Source: an uncultured Acidobacteriota bacterium (lineage in GTDB: Bacteria; Acidobacteriota; Thermoanaerobaculia; Multivoradales; UBA5704). Taken from it: a stretch of 64,000 bases of DNA. The position numbers were made by a program, and so were the translations under genes. The stretch lies in NCBI GenBank assembly GCA_963700145.1, contig OY969474.1, forward strand, positions 4,064,001-4,128,000, read 5' to 3'. A model generated the notes under the pieces. The model worked only from the letters and a program-made list of their open reading frames with translations. It did no database searches and had not been told where the DNA came from. Shown here one piece after another: positions 17,457 to 25,726 of this stretch (positions are counted from its first letter, which is position 1; every line of letters starts with the position of its first letter).

Positions 17457-19556
17457 GTGCTCATCACCACCGCTCTTCTGCTTCTGCTCATTGGTTGTAG
17501 CCGTGAGCCCCAACGCCTGATCCGTCTCGGCGACCTGCTCGCGGAGAAGCCTTCGAATTCGGAGGTCGTGCTGCCCGCGGGCGGCATGTTGGGCGAGCAA
17601 CCGCGCACGATCCCGGCGGAGCTTTCGGCGGCGCGGATTGCGAAGCTGACGCTGGTTGCGCGCGGCGACGCCCGGCTTGCCACACTCTCCTGGCGCCTTG
17701 CCAAAGACCGCCAGTTCCTGCCCTATCGCACCCTCTCGTTTCCGCTCGTCCCGGACGGCCAGCCCCAAACCTACGAAGTCGACCTCGCGCGCGAGCCTTA
17801 CTGGACGGGACAGGTGGCGGCGCTCCGCCTGGCGGTGGAGGGCGGCCGTGCCGAGTTGCTGGAGCTGAAGGGGCGGCCGGCGGCCGACCCCTACCGCCTC
17901 ATGTGCCTCGAAGGGGAGTGTCTCCCCTCGCTTCCGGGCCTTGCCTCCATCGCCATCGACGTGCCCGACGACCTGCCGCGCGATGCCCGCTTCACGGCCC
18001 GGCTCGGTCTCGTGCCGGAGTACGACAAGCCGGGCGTCGTCGCCCGCTTTCGCGCCCGCTTCGAGGGCGACGGCGATCCCGTCCTCGTGGCGGAGCGTCC
18101 CGGCGGTACGCGCGGCTGGTCCGAGGTCGGCGGCGAGATCTCGCGCGGCGGGCGGCTGCTCCTCGAGGTCGAGGCGACACGCAACGGCCGCCCGCTCCCC
18201 GAGGGAGTCGCGGTCTGGGGCAATCCGGTGATCGCAGCCGACGGCGGGCGCCTCGGGTCGCACCTCGTGATCGTCCTCATCGACACGCTGCGCGCCGACG
18301 TCCTCGGCGCGTACGGCGACCGCACCGGCGTGACACCGCGCCTCGACATTCTCGCGGAGCGGAGCACGCGCTTCGCCGACCTCTCCGCGCCGGCCCCCTG
18401 GACGCTGCCGAGCGTCGCCACGCTGATGACCGGTCTCGAGCCGCAGACCCACGGCGCCGGGCGCCGCTTCGGGGAGTTCGCGCCGACCGGCCTCGCGGAG
18501 GGGGCCACGACCCTCGCCGAGGTCCTGCGCGGCGACGGCTTCTACAACCTCGGCGTCTACCACAACATCTACGTCAACCCCGCCTTCGGCCTGTCGCAGG
18601 GGTTCGACGAGTACGTCTCGCGCGAGGAGCGGGCGGACGTCCTGGTGAGCGAGGCGCTCGCGCGGCTCGGCCGGTATCGCGACGAGCGGCGGCTGTTCCT
18701 CTACCTCCACCTCTTCGACCCGCACAACCCCTACGAGCCGCCGGCCGAGGACTGCCGGGCAGTGGCGCGCCGGCTCGAGCCCGATTACCGCGGCCCGCTC
18801 GGCTGCGCCGCCGACCGCCGGCCCGAGAACCCGATCCCGCCGGAATCCGACCGCCGCTGGCATGAGGCGCTCTACCGCGCCGAAGTGGCGGCCACCGACC
18901 GCGCGCTCGGGCGGTTCCTCGACGGCCTCGTGGAGCTGGGGATGGCGGAGGACACGGTGCTCCTCGTCGTCTCCGACCACGGCGAGGAGTTCTGGACTCG
19001 CCTGCCGCAGGAGCGCGCCCGCGGCTACGAGGCGAACGCCGACCACGGCCACACCCACTACGAGGAGCTGCTGAGCGTGCCGGGGCTGCTGCGCGCGCCG
19101 GGTGTCGGGGCGAGCGTCCTGCGGGAACCGGTGCGGATGGCCGACTTCTTCCCGACCCTCCTCTCCCTGGCCGGCGTCGAGCCGCCGCCGTCGCAAGGCC
19201 GGGACCTGAACGCCGCGTTCGCCGGCCACCCGCTGCCGCGCGCCACGCAGCTCGCCGACGTCATCCTCCACGGCCCCGAGCGCTGGGCCGTGCGGCGCGG
19301 CCCATGGAAGCTGATCGTGCCGCGGCAGGCGGGGCTGGCCGCCGAGCTCTACAACCTCGCCGACGACCCCGGCGAGACCCGCGACCGCGCCGCCGCCGAG
19401 CCCAAGGTCGCCGCCGCTCTCCGCGCCTGGGGCGAGCGCGAGCTAACCGCCCGCGCCGCCGCCCGCCGCCGCTACCTCCCCGGCGACGCCCTCGGCGCCA
19501 CCTACCTGGAGTGGAACCACATCACGAAGCTGCGGTCGCTGGGGTACCTGCGGTAA
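17457..19556 (+). CDS. Sulfatase-like lipoprotein (alkaline phosphatase superfamily)
   Basis: Lipobox LIGC; IDTLRAD, WTLPS (Thr in place of Cys/Ser), HLFDPHNPY, SDHGEEF, LRSLGYL. Start uncertain (17415 or 17457). Confidence 0.85.
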   Translation: MLITTALLLLLIGCSREPQRLIRLGDLLAEKPSNSEVVLPAGGMLGEQPRTIPAELSAARIAKLTLVARGDARLATLSWRLAKDRQFLPYRTLSFPLVPDGQPQTYEVDLAREPYWTGQVAALRLAVEGGRAELLELKGRPAADPYRLMCLEGECLPSLPGLASIAIDVPDDLPRDARFTARLGLVPEYDKPGVVARFRARFEGDGDPVLVAERPGGTRGWSEVGGEISRGGRLLLEVEATRNGRPLPEGVAVWGNPVIAADGGRLGSHLVIVLIDTLRADVLGAYGDRTGVTPRLDILAERSTRFADLSAPAPWTLPSVATLMTGLEPQTHGAGRRFGEFAPTGLAEGATTLAEVLRGDGFYNLGVYHNIYVNPAFGLSQGFDEYVSREERADVLVSEALARLGRYRDERRLFLYLHLFDPHNPYEPPAEDCRAVARRLEPDYRGPLGCAADRRPENPIPPESDRRWHEALYRAEVAATDRALGRFLDGLVELGMAEDTVLLVVSDHGEEFWTRLPQERARGYEANADHGHTHYEELLSVPGLLRAPGVGASVLREPVRMADFFPTLLSLAGVEPPPSQGRDLNAAFAGHPLPRATQLADVILHGPERWAVRRGPWKLIVPRQAGLAAELYNLADDPGETRDRAAAEPKVAAALRAWGERELTARAAARRRYLPGDALGATYLEWNHITKLRSLGYLR

Positions 19557-19579
19557 AACCAATTCGTAGGCCGATGGAC

Positions 19580-19819
19580 TTACCAGACTTCGCGACCAGC
19601 GGGGCGGCCAATACCGACTTCGCCGTGGATGTTGCTCTCGGTGACATCCGCGAGGAGCTCCTCGAGCGTGAAGGACTGGGACGCTGGCCGAACGAGAAGC
19701 ACGCCGTCGGCGAGAGAGATCTCGACTTCCGAGTGCTCCGCGAGCCCGATTTCTTCGGCGTAGTGACGGGGAATCCGGACGCCGAGGCTGTTACCCCACC
19801 TCTGGACTCTGGTGCGCAT
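19580..19819 (-). CDS. mazE: MazE/AbrB-family antitoxin (orphan)
   Basis: MRTRVQRWGNSLGVRIP...TLEELL...GREVW; RBS GAGGT. Confidence 0.88.
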   Translation of the reverse strand: MRTRVQRWGNSLGVRIPRHYAEEIGLAEHSEVEISLADGVLLVRPASQSFTLEELLADVTESNIHGEVGIGRPAGREVW

Positions 19820-19871
19820 CAGGACCTCATTCACGCAAAAAACATACGCAACGGGGCCAGCGCGTTTACCA

Positions 19872-20099
19872 CTAGCGAGCCAGTGCTTTTTCGACTTCGC
19901 GCGGCAGGTCGATCGCATGGAAGAAGCTAGCCGGGTACAGGTAATCCTCGCCCGACTCGTCCACGACCGCCAGGTAACCCTGAGGTCCGACTTCGGGAGG
20001 CCCGGAGGTGAGGTAGACCTTGCCGCGCTCCAAAGATGCGGGATAGCCATCATTGCGAATGCAGATCACGAAGCCCTTGTGTGCCCGGGATCGACTCAT
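19872..20099 (-). CDS. Small conserved hypothetical protein (VDESGEDYLYP family)
   Basis: FVICIRNDGYPASLE, VVDESGEDYLYP; ATG 20099. Confidence 0.75.
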   Translation of the reverse strand: MSRSRAHKGFVICIRNDGYPASLERGKVYLTSGPPEVGPQGYLAVVDESGEDYLYPASFFHAIDLPREVEKALAR

Positions 20100-20109
20100 T
20101 TCTCGCGCC

Positions 20110-20454
20110 TTATTGACCGTCAGGTGCATCCTCGACACTCAAAGTTCGGAAATGCCCCTCGCATCGCGAGGCTGGTGTAGTGTCCTTGTACGACGTTATG
20201 CCAGTGACCTGGCCGTTACGAAGCCATATAGCTCGGTAGTCGTGATAGCCGAAGCCCGCACCAGTGATGCAGTATTGCCACACTTCATAGTCGCCCTGGA
20301 ATTGTCGGTCCTTAGGCGGTCCCATTACCTCAAGAACTTCAGCCTTGCTATCGCCTGGGTTGAGCAGTATGGTTTTCCTTTCGAGTTCCATAGTTCGGCA
20401 TGCCGACAAGGCAACTAGCAGTACTAACACTGCGGTTACCGTCTCGCTCCGCAT
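20110..20454 (-). CDS. Lipoprotein with a SmpA/OmlA (BamE-like) domain
   Basis: Lipobox LSAC; LNPGDSKAEVLEVMGPP, EVWQY; RBS GGAGGAG. Confidence 0.7.
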   Translation of the reverse strand: MRSETVTAVLVLLVALSACRTMELERKTILLNPGDSKAEVLEVMGPPKDRQFQGDYEVWQYCITGAGFGYHDYRAIWLRNGQVTGITSYKDTTPASRCEGHFRTLSVEDAPDGQ

Positions 20455-20469
20455 TTCTCCTCCAAAGAA

Positions 20470-20561
20470 GGCTAATGATCCTAGGTCTACAAGCGGCAGC
20501 GTAGCTTTTCGCTAGAGCCGCATTGGGCGCCGTTCCGGGTAGATCGGTGCAAGACTTAGAC
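20470..20561 (-). other. Possible degenerate attC-like site
   Basis: Minus strand GTCTAAG...ATTAGCC with internal GATCTAC/GTAGAC and GCGGC..TAGC-gaaaa-GCTA..GCCGC pairing, between two co-oriented low-GC genes. Both core boxes deviate from consensus. Confidence 0.25.
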
Positions 20562-20575
20562 GACGCTCAGTTTTT

Positions 20576-21247
20576 CTATCGGAGAAAATCTTCGATGAGT
20601 GTGCGTGTTCCACTGATCAATTCTCCAACATCTCTGATTTCAAGCCGATCCCATTCAGCATGAAGCGCGTGATTCCGCACTCCGGAGTAAGTCTTGACCC
20701 GCTTGCCTTGAACTAGTGAAAACACCGAGGCGCTGACGAGGGCATCCACGAGTTGCTCTAGGCTTTTGCCGCTCGTTTCTATGCCGTGCGTTACGGCGAT
20801 CTTTTTTATCGTATCCTCAAGCACAGCACTTGCCAGCACGGCAGCCTCTGTTTTTTTATTTCCCTTGTGATAAACGGCGGCGTGATCGAGAAAGTCATCA
20901 AACGCGGCGGCGACCACCAGGTATTCGATTTTCTTGAGGAGACCAGCATTCCATTCTTCGTGAGCGGAGATGAGGAGCGCGCAAAGCTTTTGCACTACGT
21001 GTGTCGGAATTCCGGTCTCCAAGTCCCTGTCGGAAAGCAAGCGTTTGTTTTCCTCGGCAAAGTAACTTCCTGGTAACGCGACAGTGCTTAGTAGATTAGC
21101 GGTTGAGGCCATCCAAGCCTGGTATTTTGGGATATCATCAGTAGGACACCAGTACTCGAGACCATCGTTGTCACGAGGAAGGTCGCTGAGCAGGCGTCGG
21201 CCTCGATCCACCAGCTCAACGAAACGTCTGTCAATCGTCTCCTTCAT
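20576..21247 (-). CDS. HEPN / DUF4145-like protein
   Basis: AAVLASAVLEDTIK and the HEPN Rx4H motif RNHALH; low GC. Confidence 0.75.
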   Translation of the reverse strand: MKETIDRRFVELVDRGRRLLSDLPRDNDGLEYWCPTDDIPKYQAWMASTANLLSTVALPGSYFAEENKRLLSDRDLETGIPTHVVQKLCALLISAHEEWNAGLLKKIEYLVVAAAFDDFLDHAAVYHKGNKKTEAAVLASAVLEDTIKKIAVTHGIETSGKSLEQLVDALVSASVFSLVQGKRVKTYSGVRNHALHAEWDRLEIRDVGELISGTRTLIEDFLR

Positions 21248-21263
21248 GCCGATATGCTTTTGT

Positions 21264-21390
21264 GTCTAACTTGTGTTTCGACGACTCTCCGAGGTGTGGG
21301 TATATTGGCCATAGGCGACAATCGGTTGTTATCTCGCCCGGCGGGCTTCGATGCCCGAGGCTCCATGTGCTGGGCTCTAATCAGTTAGGC
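21264..21390 (-). other. attC-like site
   Basis: Minus strand GCCTAAC...GTTAGAC (RYYYAAC/GTTRRRY), 127 bp, with the ATG of the next gene 16 nt after it. L boxes do not pair well. Confidence 0.4.
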
Positions 21391-21654
21391 CAGTCTACCA
21401 GAGAGGGTAAGGAAGCTCACAGCGAGAAGCTCCGCCTTGCTTCAAGTGCTGAGGAGGGGGCTCTGAGTTCTCCACAACTCGGCAGCGCTTGCGGAGGAAT
21501 GACGGGAGGGCGATGCGGCGGGTCGGAGCGCCGTCAGCGGGCCGCGGGTGGGGCGGCATCACCTCGGATCGCTCGGGGCGATGTCCTGCTCCACTGCGCT
21601 CCTGCAAGTCTCTGCGGAATCGAGGTTTCCGGGCAGCAAGGAGCGTCGTATCAG

Positions 21655-21843
21655 GCGCCGCGGGGAATGCCGTGGGCGTTGGGGGAAGTTCCGCGACCGC
21701 TGCGGGAAATGCTGCGGTCACTTCTTCGTTTCCCGCGGGCGCCGCGGGAGATCCCGCGGGCTTTGCGGCATTCTCCGCGAGTGCTGGGGGAAGTGACCCG
21801 GCCGCTGCGGGAAATGCCGCCGCCGCGGCGGGAAACTCCGCGG
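21655..21843. repeat. Degenerate 21-bp tandem array (9 units)
   Basis: Consensus ~SCGCTGCGGGAAATGCCGCGG; e.g. ccgctgcgggaaatgctgcgg and ccgctgcgggaaatgccgccg; exact 21-nt period. Confidence 0.85.
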
Positions 21844-21881
21844 CGGCTGCTAGACCGCACCCACCTGCTCCGCCACGGCGC

Positions 21882-21897
21882 TGGCACGCCGCTCGCA
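21882..21897 (+). promoter_or_regulatory. sigma54-like promoter
   Basis: TGGCAC-gccgc-TCGCA (GG-N10-GC), upstream of the ORF at 21975. Confidence 0.45.
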
Positions 21898-21974
21898 CAA
21901 TCCGCCCGCCGCGGTCCTCGCGGCCCGCGTTGTAGCAGGTCAACCTGCTCTTCATCCGGGAAAGGAGTTCTCCA

Positions 21975-22214
21975 GTGCTGGCGCGGATTCGACCCGAGGA
22001 CAAGGAAACGGCCCTGGCGGTGGGTGTCGTCGCCGCGGTGGTTTGGGGGCTGGGGGTGAGCCTCTACGCCTTCTATCAGGGGCCCCAGGAGATCTCCTGG
22101 GGACAGTGGTTCGGCTCGCTCCTCGGGGGCATCGCCGCCTGCCTGGCTGCGCCGCCGCTGTTGCTGGCGAGCGGCTCCTGGCTACGGTTGCGGAAGGACC
22201 GCCGGCGCTTCTGA
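21975..22214 (+). CDS. Small 2-TM membrane protein
   Basis: RBS AAAGGAG, GTG start, two hydrophobic helices. Confidence 0.55.
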   Translation: MLARIRPEDKETALAVGVVAAVVWGLGVSLYAFYQGPQEISWGQWFGSLLGGIAACLAAPPLLLASGSWLRLRKDRRRF

Positions 22215-22874
22215 GCCGGCGATCACCAGCACGAACTCCCCCTTGAGCGCCGGCCGCGCCGCGAGCGCGGCGGCCAGCTCGCTCAGCCTGCCCCGCAGCA
22301 CCTCCTCGTGCAGCTTCGTCAGCTCGCGCCCGATCGCCGCCGGGCGGTCGCCCAGCTCGGCGACGGCGTCCGCCAGGCTCGCCAGCAGGCGGTGGGGGGA
22401 CTCGAAGACGACCAGCGTGTGCCCGAGCGCCGCGAGCCGGCGGTAGAAGCTGCGCCGGCGGCCGGACTTGGGCGGCGGGAAGCCGGCGAAGGTGAAGGGG
22501 TACGGGGGGAGCCCGGAGACCACGAGCGCCGCGAGCGGCGCCGACGGCCCCGGCACCGGCTCGATCCGCACGCCGCGCGCCGCCGCCTCCCGCACCAGCA
22601 GGTACCCTGGATCGGAGAGGAGCGGCGTGCCGGCGTCGCTCGCCAGGGCGATCGTCGCGCCGTCTTCGAGCGCCGCCAGGAGCCGCGGCAGACGCTGCCG
22701 CTCGTTGTGCTCGTGCAGGGACACGAGCGTTTTTTTCAAGCCGAGGCGGACGAGGAGCCGGCCGGTGTGGCGGGTGTCCTCGCAGGCGACCAGGTCGGCG
22801 CGCTCGAAGGCGGCCCGCGCCCGCGGCGAGATGTCGTCGAGGTTGCCGATCGGGGTCGAGACGACGAGTAGAAT
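22182..22874 (-). CDS. rsmI: 16S rRNA C1402 2'-O-methyltransferase (start codon unresolved)
   Basis: VSTPIGNLDDIS, ACEDTR, SDAGTPLLSDPG, FESPHR, RELTKLHEE, KGEFV. Confidence 0.9.
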   Translation of the reverse strand: MLLVVSTPIGNLDDISPRARAAFERADLVACEDTRHTGRLLVRLGLKKTLVSLHEHNERQRLPRLLAALEDGATIALASDAGTPLLSDPGYLLVREAAARGVRIEPVPGPSAPLAALVVSGLPPYPFTFAGFPPPKSGRRRSFYRRLAALGHTLVVFESPHRLLASLADAVAELGDRPAAIGRELTKLHEEVLRGRLSELAAALAARPALKGEFVLVIAGSEAPAVLPQP

Positions 22875-22883
22875 GCCGTTCCG

Positions 22884-23300
22884 TTGATCCCCGCTGCTGC
22901 CCCCGCCCCGCCGGCGCCCCCGCGCGTCCTCCCCTGGTACCGCGCTTACGCGGTCGCCATGGCCCTCCTCTACCTCCTCTGCATCGTCGGCGGCGTCGCG
23001 GTCTTCTTCTTCGCCGACGAGCTCGCCGCCTCCGACGACGAGGTGCCGGCCGCCCTCTGGATCGTCTACGGCGCGCTGCTCACCGGCCTCGGCGTGCTGC
23101 TCGCCGCCGCCTACGTCGCGGCGCTCTTCCTGCCGCCGAAGCCCTGGACGTGGATCTACCACATCGTCCTCATCGGGATCGGCATGACGAGCTGCTGCTG
23201 CATGCCGGTCTCGATCCCGCTCATGGTCTATTGGTTCAAGCCCGAGACCCAGGCGTACTTTGGCCGCGGCCCCGCCGCGGCGCCGGCACCCGTCCTCTAG
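22884..23300 (+). CDS. Hypothetical membrane protein
   Basis: 3-4 TM segments; GIGMTSCCCMP, WFKPETQAYF. Confidence 0.75.
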   Translation: MIPAAAPAPPAPPRVLPWYRAYAVAMALLYLLCIVGGVAVFFFADELAASDDEVPAALWIVYGALLTGLGVLLAAAYVAALFLPPKPWTWIYHIVLIGIGMTSCCCMPVSIPLMVYWFKPETQAYFGRGPAAAPAPVL

Positions 23301-24127
23301 TCCCGCGGGATCTCCTGGTCCAGGTTGATCGCGCTGCCCGAGAGGCGCGCGATGAGCATCAGCCGCCGCTTGAAGCGGTTCTGCCGCTCGCGCTGCACGA
23401 TGCCGTCGACCGCTGCCTGCGGGTAGCCGCGCTCGACGACCTCGGCCGGCGTCAGGCCGACGTCGTAGAGCAGGTAGAGCACCTCGTCGGCGGTCGGGTA
23501 GTCGCTCCCCAGGTCCTCCTCGTCGGTCTGCCCCGGCCAGAGGTCGGCCGACGGGGCCTTCGCGACCACCGCCTCGGGCAGCTTGAGGTGGCGCGCCAGC
23601 TGCCAGACCTGCTGTTTGTAGAGGTCGCCGAGCGGGTTGAGCGAGCTGGCGTTGTCGCCGAAGACGGTCGAGTAGCCGAGCAGGATCTCGGTCTTGTTGG
23701 AGGTCCCGAGCACGAGGCACCCGAGCGCCTTCGCCTGGTCGAAGAGGATCGCCATCCGCTCGCGCGCCATCTTGTTGCCCAGGCGCACGCGGTCGGCCGC
23801 GCCGGCCTGCGCGAAGTAGGCGTCGACCATCGGCGAGATGTCGAAGCTCTTGCAGCAGATGCCGAGCTGCTCGGCGACCAGCCGTCCGTGCGCGGCGGAG
23901 TCGGCGGTCGAGGTGCGGTAGGGGAGGAGGAAGCCGTGCACCCGCTCGGGGCCGAGGGCGCGGGCGGCGAGCGCCGCGGCGAGCGCCGAGTCGACGCCGC
24001 CCGAAAGCCCCACGACGACGCCGGCGGCGCCGGCGTTCTCGACCGCGTCGCGCACGAAGTCGGTGAGCACCGCCGTCGCCAGCGGCGCGTTGAGCTCGAG
24101 GCGCGCCGCCACCTCGCCGCGGCGCAT
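23297..24127 (-). CDS. nadE: NAD+ synthetase
   Basis: VGLSGGVDSA, GNKMARERM, GTSNKTE, LGDLYK, KAPSADLW. Confidence 0.95.
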   Translation of the reverse strand: MRRGEVAARLELNAPLATAVLTDFVRDAVENAGAAGVVVGLSGGVDSALAAALAARALGPERVHGFLLPYRTSTADSAAHGRLVAEQLGICCKSFDISPMVDAYFAQAGAADRVRLGNKMARERMAILFDQAKALGCLVLGTSNKTEILLGYSTVFGDNASSLNPLGDLYKQQVWQLARHLKLPEAVVAKAPSADLWPGQTDEEDLGSDYPTADEVLYLLYDVGLTPAEVVERGYPQAAVDGIVQRERQNRFKRRLMLIARLSGSAINLDQEIPRD

Positions 24128-24960
24128 CAGGCCGGTCCCACGACGTCGGTGCGCTCGTCGTCGAGGAGCGGCAGGCGGAAGCGCAGGCGGTCGGCCTCGC
24201 GCAGGTCGACCTCGGCGACCAGCAGGTGCTCCTCGAGGAACGGCGCCCGCGCCGCGACCTCGCCGCCGGGGCGGACGAGGTGGCTGCCGCCGGGGTAGAA
24301 CGTCCCCTCCTCCCAGCCGACGCGCGAGCAGTAGGCGACCCAGCAGGTGTTGAGGAGAGCGGTCGAGCGCGTCAGCACTTCCCAGGTGTCGGAGTTCTCC
24401 GGCACCGGCCCGGGGCCGACGCGGCCGGGGGAGACCGACGGGACGACGATCAGCTTGGCGCCGCCGAGCGCCATCCGCCGCGCCAGCTCGGCGTGCCAGA
24501 GGTCCTCGCAGATGAGCACCCCGAATTTGCCGCCGGCGATCGGCGCCAGGCCGAGCGAGCGGCCGCGGGCGAAGAAGCGCTCCTCCTGGAAGATGCCGTA
24601 GGTCGGGAGGTAGACCTTGCGGTGGGTGTGGACGACGGCGCCCTCCTGGAGGACGAGCGCGCTGTTGTGGAGGGTGCCGTTCTCGTCCTCCTCGACCAGG
24701 CCGACGACGACGGTCATGCCGGCGGCCGCCGCGGCGAGCCGTGCCAGGTGCGGCGAGCGCTGCGGCGCCAGCGCCACGCGCGGCGTCAGGTGGAGGAGGC
24801 GGTAGCCGGTTAAGGACAGCTCGGGGAAGACAAGCAGCTCGACCCCGGCGGCGCGCGCCTCCTCGATGCGGGCGAGGTGGCGGGCGAGGTTCTCGTCGAG
24901 GTCGCCCAAGCGGGAGTCCACCTGGGCCAGGCCGACCCGCAGGGCTCCGCCGGTGCTCAT
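24127..24960 (-). CDS. Carbon-nitrogen hydrolase (probable glutaminase subunit for NadE)
   Basis: E-K-C triad: FPELSLTGY, HRKVYLPTYG, ICEDLW; stop overlaps the nadE start. Confidence 0.88.
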   Translation of the reverse strand: MSTGGALRVGLAQVDSRLGDLDENLARHLARIEEARAAGVELLVFPELSLTGYRLLHLTPRVALAPQRSPHLARLAAAAAGMTVVVGLVEEDENGTLHNSALVLQEGAVVHTHRKVYLPTYGIFQEERFFARGRSLGLAPIAGGKFGVLICEDLWHAELARRMALGGAKLIVVPSVSPGRVGPGPVPENSDTWEVLTRSTALLNTCWVAYCSRVGWEEGTFYPGGSHLVRPGGEVAARAPFLEEHLLVAEVDLREADRLRFRLPLLDDERTDVVGPA

Positions 24961-24984
24961 CGAATGGGATGCTAGCATGCGCTC
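24961..24984. promoter_or_regulatory. Bidirectional leaderless promoter candidate
   Basis: Palindrome ATGCTAGCAT (24969-24978) gives TAGCAT on both strands, 6 and 8 nt from the two divergent ATGs. Confidence 0.6.
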
Positions 24985-25722
24985 ATGCATCGCCCGGGCG
25001 CGCCCAGAGGGGCGGTTTGGCTCCTCGCCGCGGCGCTCCTGCCGGCCGCCGCCCCCGCCCAAGAGACCGCGCCGCCGGCGCCCGCGACGGCGCCTTACGA
25101 GCTGCGCGACCGCATCGTCGCGGTGGTGGACGAGGACCCGATCCTCGCCTCCGACGTCGAGCGGGTGATCGCCCTCGGGCTCGCCAACCGCGAGCCCGGC
25201 GAGAGCCAGGAGGCTTTCCGACGGCGCGTCCTCGAAGGGCTGATCGACCAGCGCCTGCGCGCCCACGAGATCGACCGCTTCGGGCTCGGCCAGGTGGACG
25301 TGAAGCTGGTCGACGAGCACGTCGCCGAGATCCGCTCGCGCTTCGAGAGCGAGGAGGCCTTCCGGCGGCGGCTGGAGGAGCTGGACCTCGACCTCGAGGG
25401 CCTGCGCCAGCTCGTGGCGCGGCAGCTCTCCGTCCTCGAGTACGTCAACGAGCGGCTGGCGGTGCGCGTCTTCGTCACCCTCGACGAGATCAACGAGTAC
25501 TACGAGAAGGTCCTGGTGCCGCAGCTCCGCGCGCAGGGGGCGCCGGTGCCGCCGATCGAAGAGGTGCGCGAAGACATCCGCGAGCTCCTCCGCGAGCAGC
25601 GCCTCAACCGCGAGGTCGAGACCTGGACCGAGCAGCTCCGCCGCGAAGCCGACGTCTCCCGCTTCCCCGACGAGCCCCAGGCGCCGCTGCCGCCGGTGGT
25701 GGAGACGATCGAGGAGCCGTAG
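24985..25722 (+). CDS. SurA N-terminal-like periplasmic chaperone
   Basis: Signal peptide; DRIVAVVDEDPILASD, VLEGLIDQRL, W..QLRREA; no parvulin domain. Confidence 0.75.
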   Translation: MHRPGAPRGAVWLLAAALLPAAAPAQETAPPAPATAPYELRDRIVAVVDEDPILASDVERVIALGLANREPGESQEAFRRRVLEGLIDQRLRAHEIDRFGLGQVDVKLVDEHVAEIRSRFESEEAFRRRLEELDLDLEGLRQLVARQLSVLEYVNERLAVRVFVTLDEINEYYEKVLVPQLRAQGAPVPPIEEVREDIRELLREQRLNREVETWTEQLRREADVSRFPDEPQAPLPPVVETIEEP

Positions 25723-25726
25723 GCAA

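Noticed and set aside
21262-22059. ORFs of 265, 202 and 148 aa across array 1
   Set aside because: Low-complexity, no RBS, open in several frames because of the repeat; not called as genes, though not formally excluded.
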